Assembly (NCBI GenBank): GCA_002633005.1
Contig: NMRA01000124.1
Coordinates: forward strand, 186,001-250,000
DNA length: 64,000 nt
Reading direction: 5' to 3'
From: Phoronis australis
Lineage: Eukaryota > Animalia > Phoronida
The translations under genes and the position numbers were made by a program. Positions 41,401 through 56,400 of this stretch are shown piece after piece (the first letter of the stretch is position 1; every line of letters starts with the position of its first letter). The notes below the pieces were generated by a model. It saw only the letters and a program-made list of their open reading frames with translations, had not been told where the DNA came from and made no database searches.

Positions 41401-44400
41401 ACATGGATGTAATGTATGATGAATGTAAAATGGATGATTCGAAGTCTTTGTGAATGCTCCTTTTAAGTGTCTAATCTGCTTTCTGGCCAGGCGTCCTATC
41501 TGCCGCCTTGTAAAAATTCCGTGTCTGAATACAGTAACGACGTTATCCATGTATAGAACAACAAGTGAGCCCATCTTCAGACTAAACAACGTTTATTATC
41601 CTGGTAAACGTCGCAAGCTCTCTTTTTCAGGTTGACCACTGGTTGGACTTCAGTGTGAATCGTCTGGGCTGTGCCTCAGACTTCATTGATGCTCTGGCCT
41701 ATCTGGACCGGCTCTTGGAGCCTGTCACCTACCTGGTTGGGCATAATGAGACGTTGGCTGACTTCGCTGTCTATGGAGCCCTGCGCTGTAAGTTGTAGCT
41801 TAGATGTAGATATGTATGAAATATGTTGGGGGACTGGTGGTTGACAGTTTTACTGTCTTAGAAAGTGCAGTAAAACTTAAGTCATTGAAAACTCTTGATT
41901 TCTTCCGGGTGCTTTGCATTCCCTAAAAGTCTTATAATGCATATTTTATAACAAACTAATTTATGCTTCCTATCACTTATTGGTCACATAACAACAATTG
42001 TTGTGTAGATACTTTGTTATATCGAAAAAATTCTCTTATAAATTTGGACGTCATGTTTTTGTTTAAAATATAAAAAGGACAAGCGTGCAGTTTTTGACCT
42101 TGAAGGACTCACGACCTTGAAAGACTCACGAAATTTACGTGTTGCTGATTTTAGCCAACAATACATGGACTAAACTATGTGCATCTAAGACCGGTCCACT
42201 CAATGTAACTCGATACTACAACTTCCTGTCATCACAAGACAAGTTCAAGGCTGTGGAAGTTCTTCTGCCGTCTGCTCCTGTTTCTGAAGAGGTTTGTTTG
42301 CGTCCATTTTGACATAAAGTTAGCTAAGGTCTTCTCGAAATATGTCAATTTTTGCCTGAAGAATTGTTCTCTTTTGCAGGTCATAAAATTAGCTTTTGAT
42401 GAAATCTGCAGAATTTGGTTCATTACCTTTTTAACTCTTGTTCTTACATCGTAACTCAGCCTTACTGATAACTTTTTATCTAGAGCCACAGAAGTTTGAA
42501 CTGAAAGTCATTAATAACATGCGCTTGTTAATGTAGAGATTGATGAAAAGCACATATTTCACCATCTACGATACAATAGCACAGAGATAGAACTGATGAT
42601 ATCTGTTGTGCCAGTGTGGTCCGTTACGCACATTCACCGGCCAACCTCCAACACAGCTGTTGTTGAGGATTCACCAACTTCGTGTAATTTCTGACCATGT
42701 TACCTGTGTTCTATGAAACTTGGTAGAGTTGACAGAATGATGATGTGTGCTATGCTGTCTTGCCAATAAATTTTCCGTGCAGCGTGTTATATTTGGAAAG
42801 GTTGGTCTTTTAATTGACTGATTAGTCATTGCTAATGTCTGTGTTTCCTGGAAGTATAATATGACTTGCTGTTGTTTTTTGCCTTTCAGAAGAGCGAGGC
42901 GAAGGCAGAGGGTAAGTTCGTGGAGCTGGAGGGTGCCAAGATGGGCGAGGTGGTGGTAAGGTTCCCACCTGAGGCCAGTGGATACCTACACATTGGTCAT
43001 GCCAAGGCAGCGCTGCTCAACCAATATTACCAGCAGAACTTCAAGGGCAAGCTCATCATGCGCTTTGATGACACAAACCCAGCCAAGGAGGACGCTCACT
43101 TTGAAGAGGTTGGTTGTGGTCATGTATTGCATTATGTCTGGTAACTGGACCCATCTCAGTAGGATATACTAGTTAAGTAGTTATGACTGATTTGTTTACC
43201 TGATTAGAGGACCAGTGGAACAATTTTAGCCAGCTTGCTGATAGCTGGTCTGGTTGCACAGTAGACTGTAATTTATTGCTCCCCAAAACTATAATGAATA
43301 CTTTTAAGCAATGGTTCAATTTGTTTACGCAATTATCTGAGCTTGATTTCTGTTGATAATTACTTCAAATTTTCATGAGGAACAAACTTTTTCATGTTCT
43401 ATGTGATGGGGCACAGCATGTAATTTTAAGGACAATTTTGTATAGTCTAGTATAAGAAAATTGTCTTTGCATGTGTTCCTCCTCTCCTTGACACGAGTTG
43501 TATCCACTATCATACCTGTGTATATTGGTTTTCATTTTACGTGTTTTTCTGCCTCTGCAGGTCATTCTAGGCGACGTCGCCATGTTAGGCATCAAGTATG
43601 ATCACTTTTCACGTACGTCCGACTTCTTTGATGACATCATGGTCTACTGCGAAAAGATGATCCGTGCTGGTAAGGCCTATGTCGACGACCTAGACGCTGA
43701 CACCATGAAGAAGGAACGAGAACTGCGACAGGAGTCCAAATGCAGGAGTAACAGTATGTGTATAGGTTGTCTGTGATTGGCTGTTTCCATGGATACGTGT
43801 TTATAAGTGCTAGGATCCAGTTATGCAGCCTTAGTACCAAGCTGTATAAATACAAATGGTAAAAGACACTTGTGAAATGTAAACTCTCACGAAATTATGT
43901 CATTAAATTACAGTCTTTCTTAAGTAAACTATCCTGGTTACTCAGGTGAAAAGAATGTCGTTATTCTGCAGGTAAATTTGTGAAGCAATCGTATGTGTCA
44001 ATAAATTAAGAGCACCATCTATTGGCCAATTTCTCCTTTTTGCTTACTGCAGTACCCATTCTTTTTTGACATTTGTGTGCACAGTTCTCAAGTTACCAGA
44101 AGTGCTTGCATTTTATTTGTATTTTAGTATTTTGAGCATGTTTTGCTTCAGTGAAGTGTTCACTATCTCCTGAACAGTGTCACCTTACCAAACCAAACAA
44201 ACGATGAAATAGCACGTCCATTTGTCATGAACCGATGATTTGTTTACTTCAGCGGTCGAGAGGAATCTGAAAATGTGGGACGAGATGAAACGAGGCACAG
44301 AGGAGGGCTTGAAGTGCTGTGTCCGCGCCAAGATTGACATGCAGTCGGATAACGGTTGTATGAGGGATCCTACTATCTACAGGTGTAAGAATGAAGAGCA

Positions 44401-47400
44401 CATACAAACAGGGAACAAGTACAAGTAAGTAGGCCATCCAGGTAATAGTCTGACGGTTTGCATTTTGAGAACCAGTTTTCTCCACTGAAGAACAGGCATC
44501 AACTGGTTATCAAAATGCGGGCACATTATATCAGACTATTGCCTGTTGTCCTTTTATTGGTATGCCACTAGTTCTGAATAATTCACAATTATTAGGATCT
44601 GTCTAAATTCACTACTCGCACGAATTTGCCGTTATGCTTGAAAACGAGGTGTTGTGTCCAAACTACAAATGGTTTTACATGTTTGAAATGTGCCCTTTCA
44701 TGTATGCATAGTTAAAATTGATGCTAAAACAAAGCATTGCGTCCTAAAGAACAATTCACAACAATAATTGTTTTTGCAGCACCACCGAAGTATGCAAGTA
44801 GTGAATAGCATAAATTGCTAACAACTTCTTATGTTTGTAAATTTGAACATGGTTCGACAAATGATCAAGTATCCACGAACACAAAACTTCCTAATAGGGA
44901 TAAAAAAGCAAGCATCAAAAATTGACTTCTCTTAAATCCCCCTATTCATGAATGAAAAGTGACGTTAATGTTTTACCTTCTGTTAATCGCTACTTATTAC
45001 CCTTCCCTACATCTCATTTCCCAGAATATACTTGACTAGTGAAACAATTCTACAAAGGAAGAAAAGTTTCCTATCTCATCTGAGATTAATTTTGATTTTG
45101 GTAAATTGACTCATTCCCTGTTATCTGTGATCATTTTTATTTCCTTGTCAGCGGCCGTTTTCAAACTAATGTTGCATTGGGTTCACAGGTACGTTGAATC
45201 TTCATCTGCATGGAAAAGAACCTCTTTCTGTCAGTGGGTCTAACAAATGGGTGAAATTATATTAAAGCAACTCATTGCCTATTTCAGGGTCTATCCGACC
45301 TATGACTTTGCCTGTCCAATTGTTGATAGCCTGGAGGGTGTGACCCATGCCTTGAGGACCACTGAGTATCACGATAGGGATGACCAGTACTACTGGTTTA
45401 TTGATGCTTTAGGTAATTGTTACATTGTAGAGTGTGGCTCACTGAGATGCCTCTGTGTGTGGTGTTAGGCACGTTCCTCTCCTATAAAATATTTTGATGC
45501 AATCTAACCAATTTTTCTGTTGCTGTGCACAGGCACTATAACTCTTCACCTTTCTAGCACTTAGTATTGCTGACTAGTGCATTTCTTGACAAGAAATAAC
45601 AATTCAGAAACGGTGACTCTGTCAGTGCTGTGCAGTTGCCATTAAAACACACGTAATTTTTTATTACCTATAGCAATGTGGTCAGATTTAAAAAAAAGGA
45701 AAAACTCCCAACATTGATTTGTTTATGTTTTTGTACTGAATAACGGAAGATAAGCCATATCAAATACTTAAATATCTTTCTATGCTTGAAAATTTTATAA
45801 TTACGTATTTAATACTTGGACAACAAAATCTCCCTCACAAATGCTGAAGTTAATTGCCTCAAATTTAAGTTATAAGCCCAGAATTAGAAACAAAAACATT
45901 AAATTCAACAACATTCAAATGTACAGTTATGCTGATTGGTTCAAGTGAACCTTCTTTATGACGCTGAAAATAAAAACTGATGAGGTTGTATTGTACTTCA
46001 ATGTTGTAAAAAGGTTTTTTGTTTCGTTCCCTGTTTTTCTGAAAGCACAATGGCGATCAAAAAGTTAATGTGAATCCTAAATCATGACACCTTGTTTGAG
46101 TTTTTGTATGACAGTCTCAAAAAGATCTGCTTGCTTTCAGGTGTGGTATGCAAGTAGTGTAATTATAAGTTATTACCTTGTTTCTGGTCTGAAACTGTGG
46201 AGTAGACAGAGTGCCTACAGTGATCTTTCATATCATATGAATGCTCACATTCATCCCTTTAATTAAATGTTGGTAAATGTTAAGTTTAGACTTGATCGAG
46301 TACCTGCATACCAGTCCTCTGCNACAAATGTTAAGTTTAGGCTTGATCGAGTACCTGTATACCAGTCCTCTGCTAAAGGTAATGTTTACTCTTGTCAATG
46401 TTTGTTCAGGTATCCGAAAGCCGTACATCTGGGAGTACAGCCGCCTCAATCTGCAAAACACGGTGCTATCGAAGCGCAAGTTGACCTGGTTTGTTAACTC
46501 AGGTCATGTGGATGGATGGTATGTCTCCGACCCTTTAGCAACTGTTTTCTGTTGGCATTCTGCAGGAAAGTACAGGATCTGGTCGCATTAAAGTTACATG
46601 CTGGATAGCACTGATGACTGTATTATCATTCTTAATGTCATTTAACAAGCAAACGGATGAGTTTTGAAGTTTTATGCATCCCAGCTTTGAGTGCCACTTG
46701 ATAGCATAATCTGGTGGTCAATCCTGGAACAAGTCTGTTTTCTCACAGCTGGCAGCCATATTGCTTTTGACACTTCAAATGAGTACACGTTACTCCAAAT
46801 TAACTTATAACTTTCAAATTGCAGATCAGAATTTTCACTGTGTGTACCACTCAGTTCCTACTTCTCATCTTCAGCTTATTTATGTTACCAGTGCGAACAA
46901 TGTCTGGCAATTTCTTTATGAATATGATTTCAGGGATGACCCTCGTTTCCCGACAGTACGTGGAGTGATGCGGCGAGGCATGACTGTCGAGGGACTGAAG
47001 CAGTTCATTGTGTCACAGGTAGGTGTCAGTTATATAGGTGAAGCATTTGTACTGTGTAATGTTCATAACTAAAAACACACTGAAGAGGAGTGGTCAGGCA
47101 GATGGCTGGCTTTAAAGCTTCGTATAGAAGCCAAGTTTTCTATAGAAATAGAGTTTCCTAGAGAAGCCATGTTTCCTATAGATGCCAGGCTTCCTGTTGA
47201 AGCCAGATTTCCTATAGAATCCAGGTTTCATATAGAATCCAGGTTTCCTATAGAATCCAGGTTTCCTATAGAATCCAGGTTTCCTATGGAATCCACGTTT
47301 CCTATAGAATCCAGGTTTCCTATAGAATCCAGGTTTCCTATACAATCCAGGTTTCCTATAGAAGCCAGGTTTCCTATACAATCCACGTTTCCTATACAAT

Positions 47401-50400
47401 CCACGTTTCCTATACAATCCAGGTTTCCTATAGAAGCCAGGTTTCCTATAGAAGCCAGGTTTCCTATAGAAGCCAGGTTTCCGATAGAAGACAGTCTCTA
47501 ACAGAAGTTGGAGATAAGTGATGAACACTTAGTCTGTAATAAATTGCTATTAAGTGTGAAGCATGTCTGGAGTTGGTGAAAGCCAGGGCACTGTTTGAAG
47601 CTTTGCTGTGTGTGAAGAATTACACAAACGTTTTTTCATCTAGTTTTTGTTTTGCAGGGTTCCTCCAAGTCTGTCGTGATGATGTCTTGGGACAAAATAT
47701 GGGCCTATAACAAAAAGGTAAATTTCTATGGAGTTTTTGGCAATAGGTATAAGAAACGAAATTTTCTACTTGATTTTTTGTCTAATCTGTTGTTTAAGGT
47801 TGCTTTTGTTTGGGTTCAAATGATTTCATATGTCAAGGCTGTTGTGTTCTTCTTGTCATTGTTCACACACATTGTTCTCTCGTCTCTAGGTGATTGACCC
47901 CGTTGCCCCGCGCTACACTGCCCTCCTCCAGTCTGATATGGTGCCAGTTAACATCGACGGTGCAAAAGAGGAAGTGAAGGATGTCCCTGCTCATCCAAAG
48001 GTACTATGTTGCTTCCATGCGCTCAGAACCCTGTGTTATCTCACATTCCATGTACAGTGCATATGTAGTAGTTGCTTTTGGTCACACACTTTGTTTGACT
48101 GAAGAGATTGGAAAGTTTACTTCCAGTCCTTGGTTTAGTTTAACAGCTGGGATACAAGATTATTGTATTTGGGTGGTGAGGCAAAAGAATAAAATAATGG
48201 TCAGAGAACCTCTGTCAGGATAGCATGTTTAAAGCCTAATGCAGTGATAGTCATTATGTCATGTCACTTTCTAAATTGAATAAGTCAATCAAGTATAAAT
48301 ATTTTGGCATTTATATGATCTAATTATTGATGAGTCATTTTTGTGGAAGAGAATCTAGCAATCAGTGAATGTCATTTTGTCCACAATGTAATCATGTAAC
48401 ATTTAGAAAGTTGTCCCGTGGTTTTGGTTATTGAAAAGGTTTTTAAAGATGGCTTTGTCTATAGCTTTCTAAGTACAGTTTATTAAAACACTTTTTTTAA
48501 AATTCCCAAAACCTAATAGAAGATTTCAAAGATTGCTCTGTACTTTACTTCAAAACAAATTTGGTTGAGATTTTTGTAAATTTTGTTTTTTTTCCTATGT
48601 ACCACACTCTACTGATAAGATTCTTGAATAGTCAGTGACCCCTTATGGACAAATGATCACCCATCAAGCATTCAATATTGTGTGCTGCTTTGTTGGAAAT
48701 CTGCAACCCTGGTAAAGTACTCATCCTGATGCCCTTCCTGTTATGTATAGAACTCTGAAGTGGGCACCAGGCGGTGTTTCTACGGCCCGAAGGTGTATAT
48801 CGATGGGGCTGACGCCTTGACACTACATGAAGGGGAGACGGTGACTTTCATCAACTGGGGAAACGTCGTTATCAAGTCCATTAAGTAAGATCTTACAGTT
48901 GAATTTAAGATTTATGACTGACTGAGTTAACTTGCATTCTTGAATAAAGTGCATTACCCTAACTTCAATTTTTTGAGTTGTAAGTAATGTCAATGACCTT
49001 GGAAGCTCAAAATGTCAACTTTTGTTGTGACAATTTGTGGTTTGTGGAGTTGGACATATTGTCAGTTTGTGTAGATCTTTGAAGCACAAACTGTCGTGAT
49101 TTGGAAAACAGTGTGTAACAATGTCAAAAACTATGATTTGAAGCTGCATATGAAATACTTAATTTACAATATCACTGACAAATGTCAGTATGACAAGACT
49201 CAGTATCGTGCATGTCAATCTTTGGTGTCAGTGTCCGTTTTATGTTTACTTCGTCACTGCTTGTTTTTATATTGAATTCATTCGTGCCATAACCACAGTT
49301 TCTATCAACACTGTCATTCCGTCAACTTCAACACTCTTGTCTATCATCATAGTTATAGTCTTCTCAACCCACAATACTGTTTCCTTCAGTCTATGGTTGT
49401 TAGTGGTAAAGCGGTATCTTTTTCCTTCATTTGCCTCAAGTTTTCCCACTATCCTAGTCTTCGGCCTTGTCCATGTGGGGGGGGGGCAAAACCATTCATT
49501 ACCTAAGACTTGTACATACGGTCACTGCACCCAATAGTATTTTAATCATATTGCTACAATTTGTGCATTGAAGATCTGCAAAAGTATTCGCAGTTTGAAG
49601 ATGGTACCATTTCATGCAGTTGCTACAGTTTGTGTTCATTGAGGGTGCTGTAATACCTACATGGAGTTATGACTGGTATAATGTGGTAAAATAGTCATTG
49701 TTCCAATGTTTGTTTTTTAACCTCACAATATATTGAACATTTTCAGGAAAAATAATGGAACGGTTGAGTCTATTGAAGCTACGCTTAACTTGGAGAATAA
49801 GGTAAGAAATGGAATCCTTGACTGGATGAAATATTTTCAGTTGAATTGAAAGAGTTAGGGATTTACATGATTGTCTGCTTCTTGTAACGGTTGCTTTGCT
49901 TGTTTTGTTAGGTGTTAACATTTCTTCAATGAAAGTTGTTTAAATACTGTCTAATACTGCCACTGTTTTCCTTTTTAATTATAAATTGCTTTACTTATGT
50001 TAACGTAAGGTTATTATGCAACAAACATTCGGGTAATTTGCATTGTGTGGAGGGTTAGGAGATGAACAGCAGGTCACTCGTTCTATCAAAGGACGCAAAT
50101 CTCATCTTGGTTAAGAGGGTTGTAACTTTGAATTTAATTTGCTCACAGTTAATTAAGGTGGCTCATGAAGGTGGTTGTTAAGTTTGAATATCATAATTTA
50201 TGAACTTAACCTCAGGTGCAACGTTTTCTCTTAAAAAAAGCAGCGTCACATTTACAACCTTTGTTATGACCCCCAGGTGATGTAAAGAAAACTAAATTTT
50301 AAACTGATTTATATACAAAATGACATCTCCTAAAGAAAACGCAAGATCCAGTTGCACATCGCTTTAAGTACAATCTAACAAAGTTCCCTCCATTGCACAC

Positions 50401-53400
50401 CGGCCAATTACAGGACTTCAAGAAGACCACTAAGTTGACATGGCTTGCCGAGGCGACTCGAGAACCAATGACACGTGTGATTTGTGTCCACTTTGATCAC
50501 ATCGTAACCAAGGCAGTCCTCGGTAAAGATGAAGACTTCAAGAGTTATTTGAATGAAAAGTCGCGCGTAAGTAATAGTTACAGAAATGTTCATTAAATAG
50601 TAAGAAGTGTTTTGATATTATTTATAAGTCACCAAGTTTGATACTTCACAGGGCAGTTGTAGTTGCGTACAAACTTAGAGAATGAGAAGGATGTGACAAA
50701 ATCACAAAGATGGAATTTATATACTCGGGAACCCAATGGTCGTCCGCCTAAGCATAAAACCGACTTGCTGTTGTACTCACCGAATTATTCCACTTCAAAG
50801 TTATGATCTGAATAGGATTCGATTTAACTCTCACAGATATACCGCATTCATCGATTCGGAAGTTTTCTTTAATTTGTGCCGAGTTATTTCAAATGTGCAC
50901 TGCCTTCGGCAGCCATTTTATTGTGANGCTTGGCCAATATTATTCAGGCTTGGCCAATATTATTCAGGCTTGGCCAATATTATTCAGGCTTGGCCAATAT
51001 TATTCAGGCTTGGCCAATATTATTCAGGCTTGGCCAATATTATTCAGGCTTGGCCAATATTATTCAGGCTTGGCCAATATTATTCAGGCTTGGCCAATAT
51101 TATTCAGGCTTGGCCAATATTATTCAGGCTTGGCCAATATTATTCAGGCTTGGCCAATATTATTCAGGCTTGGCCAATATTATTCAGGCTTGGCCAATAT
51201 TATTCAGGCTTGGCCAATATTATTCAGGCTTGGCCAATATTATTCAGGCTTGGCCAATATTATTTAAACTATTTGGGCCTAATCAGTCTTAATCTTGCTT
51301 ATCCTTGCTTACACTGTGGCAGACATTCTAATTCTAGCACTCATGAACAAGACTTGATGTCTAGTTTGTAAACAAACGCGTTTTACTTGGTGGCGGAATT
51401 TGCTTAAGGGAGTAAGCTTGAATTAAGTCACTGAACAGCAATCTGAATTCAAGCTTGCTCAGCAGTGGTTACTAAGGTGCAAGGTTTTCCAAGCTTGGAA
51501 TTCAATGTTGACAAAGGTAACTGGCCTAACAAACTTATTCAAAAGTTTCTGCCCAGCTTGACTTGCTTGTCCGTAGTCTTTTACTGGCTAAGGATGAAAT
51601 TCAAGCTTGGAAAAAATGTCAGATAGGGTGATGGGCCATTAAGCTTGAACAAGCTTGGTTAAATTTAGCTCGGACTCATTGAGAAGTTGTTCTATGTGTT
51701 CCAGTCGCTACACCAGTCGTGCCAGCCCATGTGTTCTGTTCAACATTCCTGATGGACACACTAAAGAAATGCCCACAGCAGGGTCTAAACATAAGGAGAC
51801 GTCTGATGCCAAACAGGTACATTTATTTTTAATCATCAGTACATATGAGCTTGTTTTTGTCGCAATGGCGTATTAGGAGCTCGAAATTCACCAGGTTGCG
51901 CTTGTGAGATTATGGTTGTGAACGTATTCATTCATTCATTCAGGCAGCTACGTGCCATTCTCACCCATGATTGTCCCCATGCTTGTGAATAGTATTCCGT
52001 TCTCATGCTCGTCTGGTAACAAGAGGCATGTTCTTCATTTATGATCGTTTAGTGAATTTTGAACAACTGATTGGATGAATTTAAGACTCTCTGTAAAGAG
52101 AGTCGATTTCAAACTGAATTGTAAAATTCCATCTCTTTCGTTCTTAACCGTTCCCCACTCAACTTAAAGTACAAATCTGTAGGTCAAGGACAAAATAAAA
52201 TTATCATTTCATTATGTGGCTTGGTAATTCTTAACAAAAAATATGCATATTCACCTTTCTAACAGTCCAGCCATTCACACGTTATTTGTAATGAGCTCTG
52301 AAATGCTGGTAGGCTGGAAAGGTCACTCGGTGTGTTTGATGTCATAAGCAGTGTATAGACTCAGTTGGTCGGGGAATCCTCCTCTTGTGGTCAGTATAGT
52401 AGTTGGTAGTTATTCCAAATTTCTTCCGACATTTTCCCGTCACACAAAAACTAAAAATGTTGATAAAAGGAAGCTTACCATTTACCGAGATTTTCGTACA
52501 AGTTTACTCGCTTAACTTGTTGCACAGTTAACTCGTACAGCCAGGATAGGTTCAGGCCTAAGTCCCGCTCATTCTGTATACATCGGTATGGCTAGATCAA
52601 GTGAATAGGGAGCTTTTTCGTGCATCACTGCAGCCGTACTTGCTCTAATTCATTGTCGGTAGCTTCGTTGTCATCCCATTCGCCAGAAAAATTGTAATGC
52701 TCACCTTGAAAGTGCCCGAGTTCCTAGTAAAAGTCTGACATGTCCTCCATTGTTAGCTAATGACAAACTTAGTGACCCAGATTGGGAGAATTGAGATTTT
52801 GATCATGTTGAAGGTGACTCAGACTTATACAAGCATGTCGGGCATTGCAGAAGTTTTATGATGAATGACGGAAACATGTACCAATTTATACATAGTAACG
52901 AATAGATATTTACTTCTAAAAACACCAAAAGCTTCAGGAATTATTACTTTATTGTCCGACTTGAGCGTTTGAGTGCAGTTTTGTTGTTTTGCAGTGTCTG
53001 TTTGCTGACCTCTTGTCATAGAATGTCAATATTGTGTGGAATAAAAAGGACCTGCAACTATGTTTGTGAAAACTTCCATCTTCTTCGTTTGTAGAAGTCG
53101 GGCGGTAGTAAGCAGGCTAAGAACAGTGACAAGTCTAAGCAGGGGAAACAACCAGAGAAGACCGCTGATAAGCCCCAGGCCGAGGTACACCCAGTCACAC
53201 ACACGTTCAGTGCTGAAGACTTAAACAGTAAGATTACCCAACAAGGCAATATTGTGAGAGAGCTGAAGACTAACAAAGCTCCCAAGGTATGTCCTATTGA
53301 TCTTCATCTTGCACTTGATTGGTTCTTTGCACCTGTTTGAAGTGATTGTATTGATATTTAGTGCCTCCTTTCTCATGCTTTGTGGTTTGCCTGCAAACAG

Positions 53401-56400
53401 TAAACAGTTTTATCGAGTTTAGAATGCTTGGATAGTGTCTATGATCTCTGATTTTCTTTCATGCTTTCTAGCAAAATAACTGCTATTAAGCCAGCTATCC
53501 TTGCCAGGAGTTTGTTGTTTCTTTTTTTAAACAGTTCTAAATTAATGCTATTTTAAGGAGTAGGTGTATTGTTATATTGTTGGGCTCTCATGGTATTTAA
53601 CTTATTGTTATGAACACAGTGGGATTTTGCTCTAACAAAAACTAACAAGTTGTCTGCAGTATTTGTGCATTAGGACAATAGTTTGTAGCTATTGTCCACT
53701 AACAAGTTGTCTGTAGTATTTGTGCAGTAGGGCAATAGTTTGTACCTACTGGCCAACGATCATTGTTGTCGTTACACCACTGTGCACAAAACAAATGGAA
53801 TATTCATCATTTCGATGATCATTTTTTATGTGTAGTTGGAATGTGTAAAAATGTCTCTTTGGAGAATATTTTCGTTTCGCTTTAAGTGGAAGACTTTCAA
53901 TGAGAACTTGGGTGATTGATCACGCGGGACTGAATACCAGTGCCCTCTAGAGGACAATTAGGAGACAATTGAACTTTTGTTTAAATGTATCACAACTAAT
54001 CACTCAAACTACGAAAAGGTCTCTCATGAGTTGGAGAAGACATCTATTGCATGACAAATCCTCTAAAAGATGTCAAGTCTTAAATTTAATTCTATTCCTA
54101 TAATGTGGTGACACATTATTTTGTCTTGACAAGTATTGGTGGGTTTTGTTGAATTGCCTGAACTGTTTAAAATGTCTTGACAAGTATTGGTGGGTTTTGT
54201 TGAATTGCCTGAACTGTTTAAAATGTCTTGACAGAATGGTTTGGAAGAGTGCCAGTCTGCCACTTTGTGGAAGTAAATGCGAAAATGGTGACGGAAACTA
54301 GATGAAAAATAAGGCTTTTGAAAATTATCCAGAAACTTTTGCTACAAAAGTTTGCGGACTTTTGATTTGAAGATATATCTTATGCTAAGGCTTTAGCTAC
54401 ATAACTTACAATAAATTGAAAAAATCAGTGTCTGCATGCACATTAGATGATGCCAATGGGCACATTTCGGGAACTACACTTTGCCGTGAATGTTGCTAAT
54501 TGAACTAGGAAAATCTGGAGGTATTTATGGAATTTATTGGTTTTGATGTCAACAAATGTAACTAATGAATATGCTGCAATTACTCCCAGATTTGACATGC
54601 TTTGAGTTATTCCAGAAGTGCCTGGCGGGCGGCCATATTGAATAGCTGTTGTATACCTTTCTCTTTATTATAGTACATTGTTGTGGGCTGATAAAGGTGC
54701 CTGGGGTTAGGGTTATGCTTTATTTTACTTGAGTGTGTGGCCACTTCACATAATGCCTTTAATTGCCAATACTAGCTGCAGACTTAATTCTTGATTTTAT
54801 ATTTTGCCCTCTGGCTCCACCTTCTAGTAACTCTTCATTTAGCAGCACTCCAAATTTGATCTTGTGCTTTTAATCCAGCCTTTGTGTTTTTAATCCAGCC
54901 TGGTTCTGTGAATGAATGGACTTCACTGTGTCAGCAATGCTGTGAATTCAGCTGACCTTAACTGGGTGACCTCTGACCTAGCTAACTCCTGTTGATCTGT
55001 GTTTGTCAAATCATTGAACACGTGGCATAGTACATTCTCTGGTGCTGTCTGTCCATGGGGTTCACTGGTGCAGTGGTTGTGTGCCTGAAGTAGGCTGTGT
55101 CTCATTATCACGCTTATAGGTGAGATTCACTTGTGTTGTGAGGGTTATTTTTCATTTTGTGATGGGCATTTTCACAGTGGTGTGGTCTTGACCTAAGTTG
55201 TCATGGTGATACTGTTGTCAGTCATTAATTTTTATCAACACTGTATGGGTTGCACTTTAGAGTTGACACTCTGCAGTCATCATGCAGTTTTTGGTTCAGC
55301 AGATCAAGGATTTTGTTAATACAGTTTGTTTCTACACTAGTGAGCTCCAAACATGTACTGACATTGTGTATTGTAGTATAGGAGGGGATAGAGAGGTGTT
55401 TGTCAGTTATTGCTTTGCGTCTGTTGTGGGGTTTGGATCTCTTTGAATAGTGGGTGCAGTGGTGTTTATGGTTTTCAAATTAGTTCAGTTGAAGAACTAA
55501 GCTTTCTTAGTCATACCTAAACTGTGCATGGAAACTTCTCCAACAGCATGTTGATCCTTAAGGTGAAGATATTTCATCAGATTTAACTGACCCTTATCTC
55601 TTGAAATTCAAAGATAAGGTCTTGTTCCCTAAACTTCTGAACAAACACTACAATAATAGCCTCATCTGAAAATCAATTGGTGTCTACAGAGAAAACAGCG
55701 CTAATCTATAATCTGTTAGTAGGGTTGTGCTATGCCAATGCCTTAAAACAACATTCCTTAAAGTTTCCATTATTTGTAGCAAAGTAACCAACCTTTGAAA
55801 ATTTGGAAAAATATTTTTGGCAAAATTTATATTTGTGAAAAATAAGTGGTGAATTGACTTACTTATCCACAGTGAAGCATTGATGCACTAAAGCCTTCTA
55901 TTTAACAAGTCATCAATTGAAAATCTTTATTTTTGTTGTATAGCAATGACAGTGTTATTCAAATGTCAATGTGAAGAAGTGCCCATCTTTGTCTGGTGTG
56001 TCACTGGAGCGCATAATATATAGCAGTTTAGAATAACACATTACAGGATCACCCTTCATGTGCTACAGTATTGGTCAAGCTGTCCCCATGAAACATATAC
56101 AAAAATGAGTTTTTTACCTGTACACCGTGGTTTTTAAGCATAGGTGTTATTCAGGAATTCGGATTTTTTCAATAGCAGGTTTGATAAAATGTGTAGCTAT
56201 TTTTTTCAATTGTTCCTTAGAACTTGCTATCATTATGGAGAGTAGACAAGGTTGTCTTTGGTTAATAGCGGATTTGCAGCGCAAACGAACTACGCATTGC
56301 GCATGTGCGAGTTACTTCCTGCGCGAAGGCTCATGGGATAGCTTGTGGTCAGGCTTGTCTTGAGGGGGCTGGATAGTGTGTGCAGTTGGAGTGATTTGCA

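Noticed and set aside
47112-47528. (FYRKPG)n and (FPIESR)n repeat proteins
   Set aside because: Translations of an intronic 18-bp minisatellite. The flanking EPRS exons join in frame without it.
50736-51371. Three overlapping repeat ORFs
   Set aside because: A stop-free 20-bp satellite read in all three frames, beside an assembly N.
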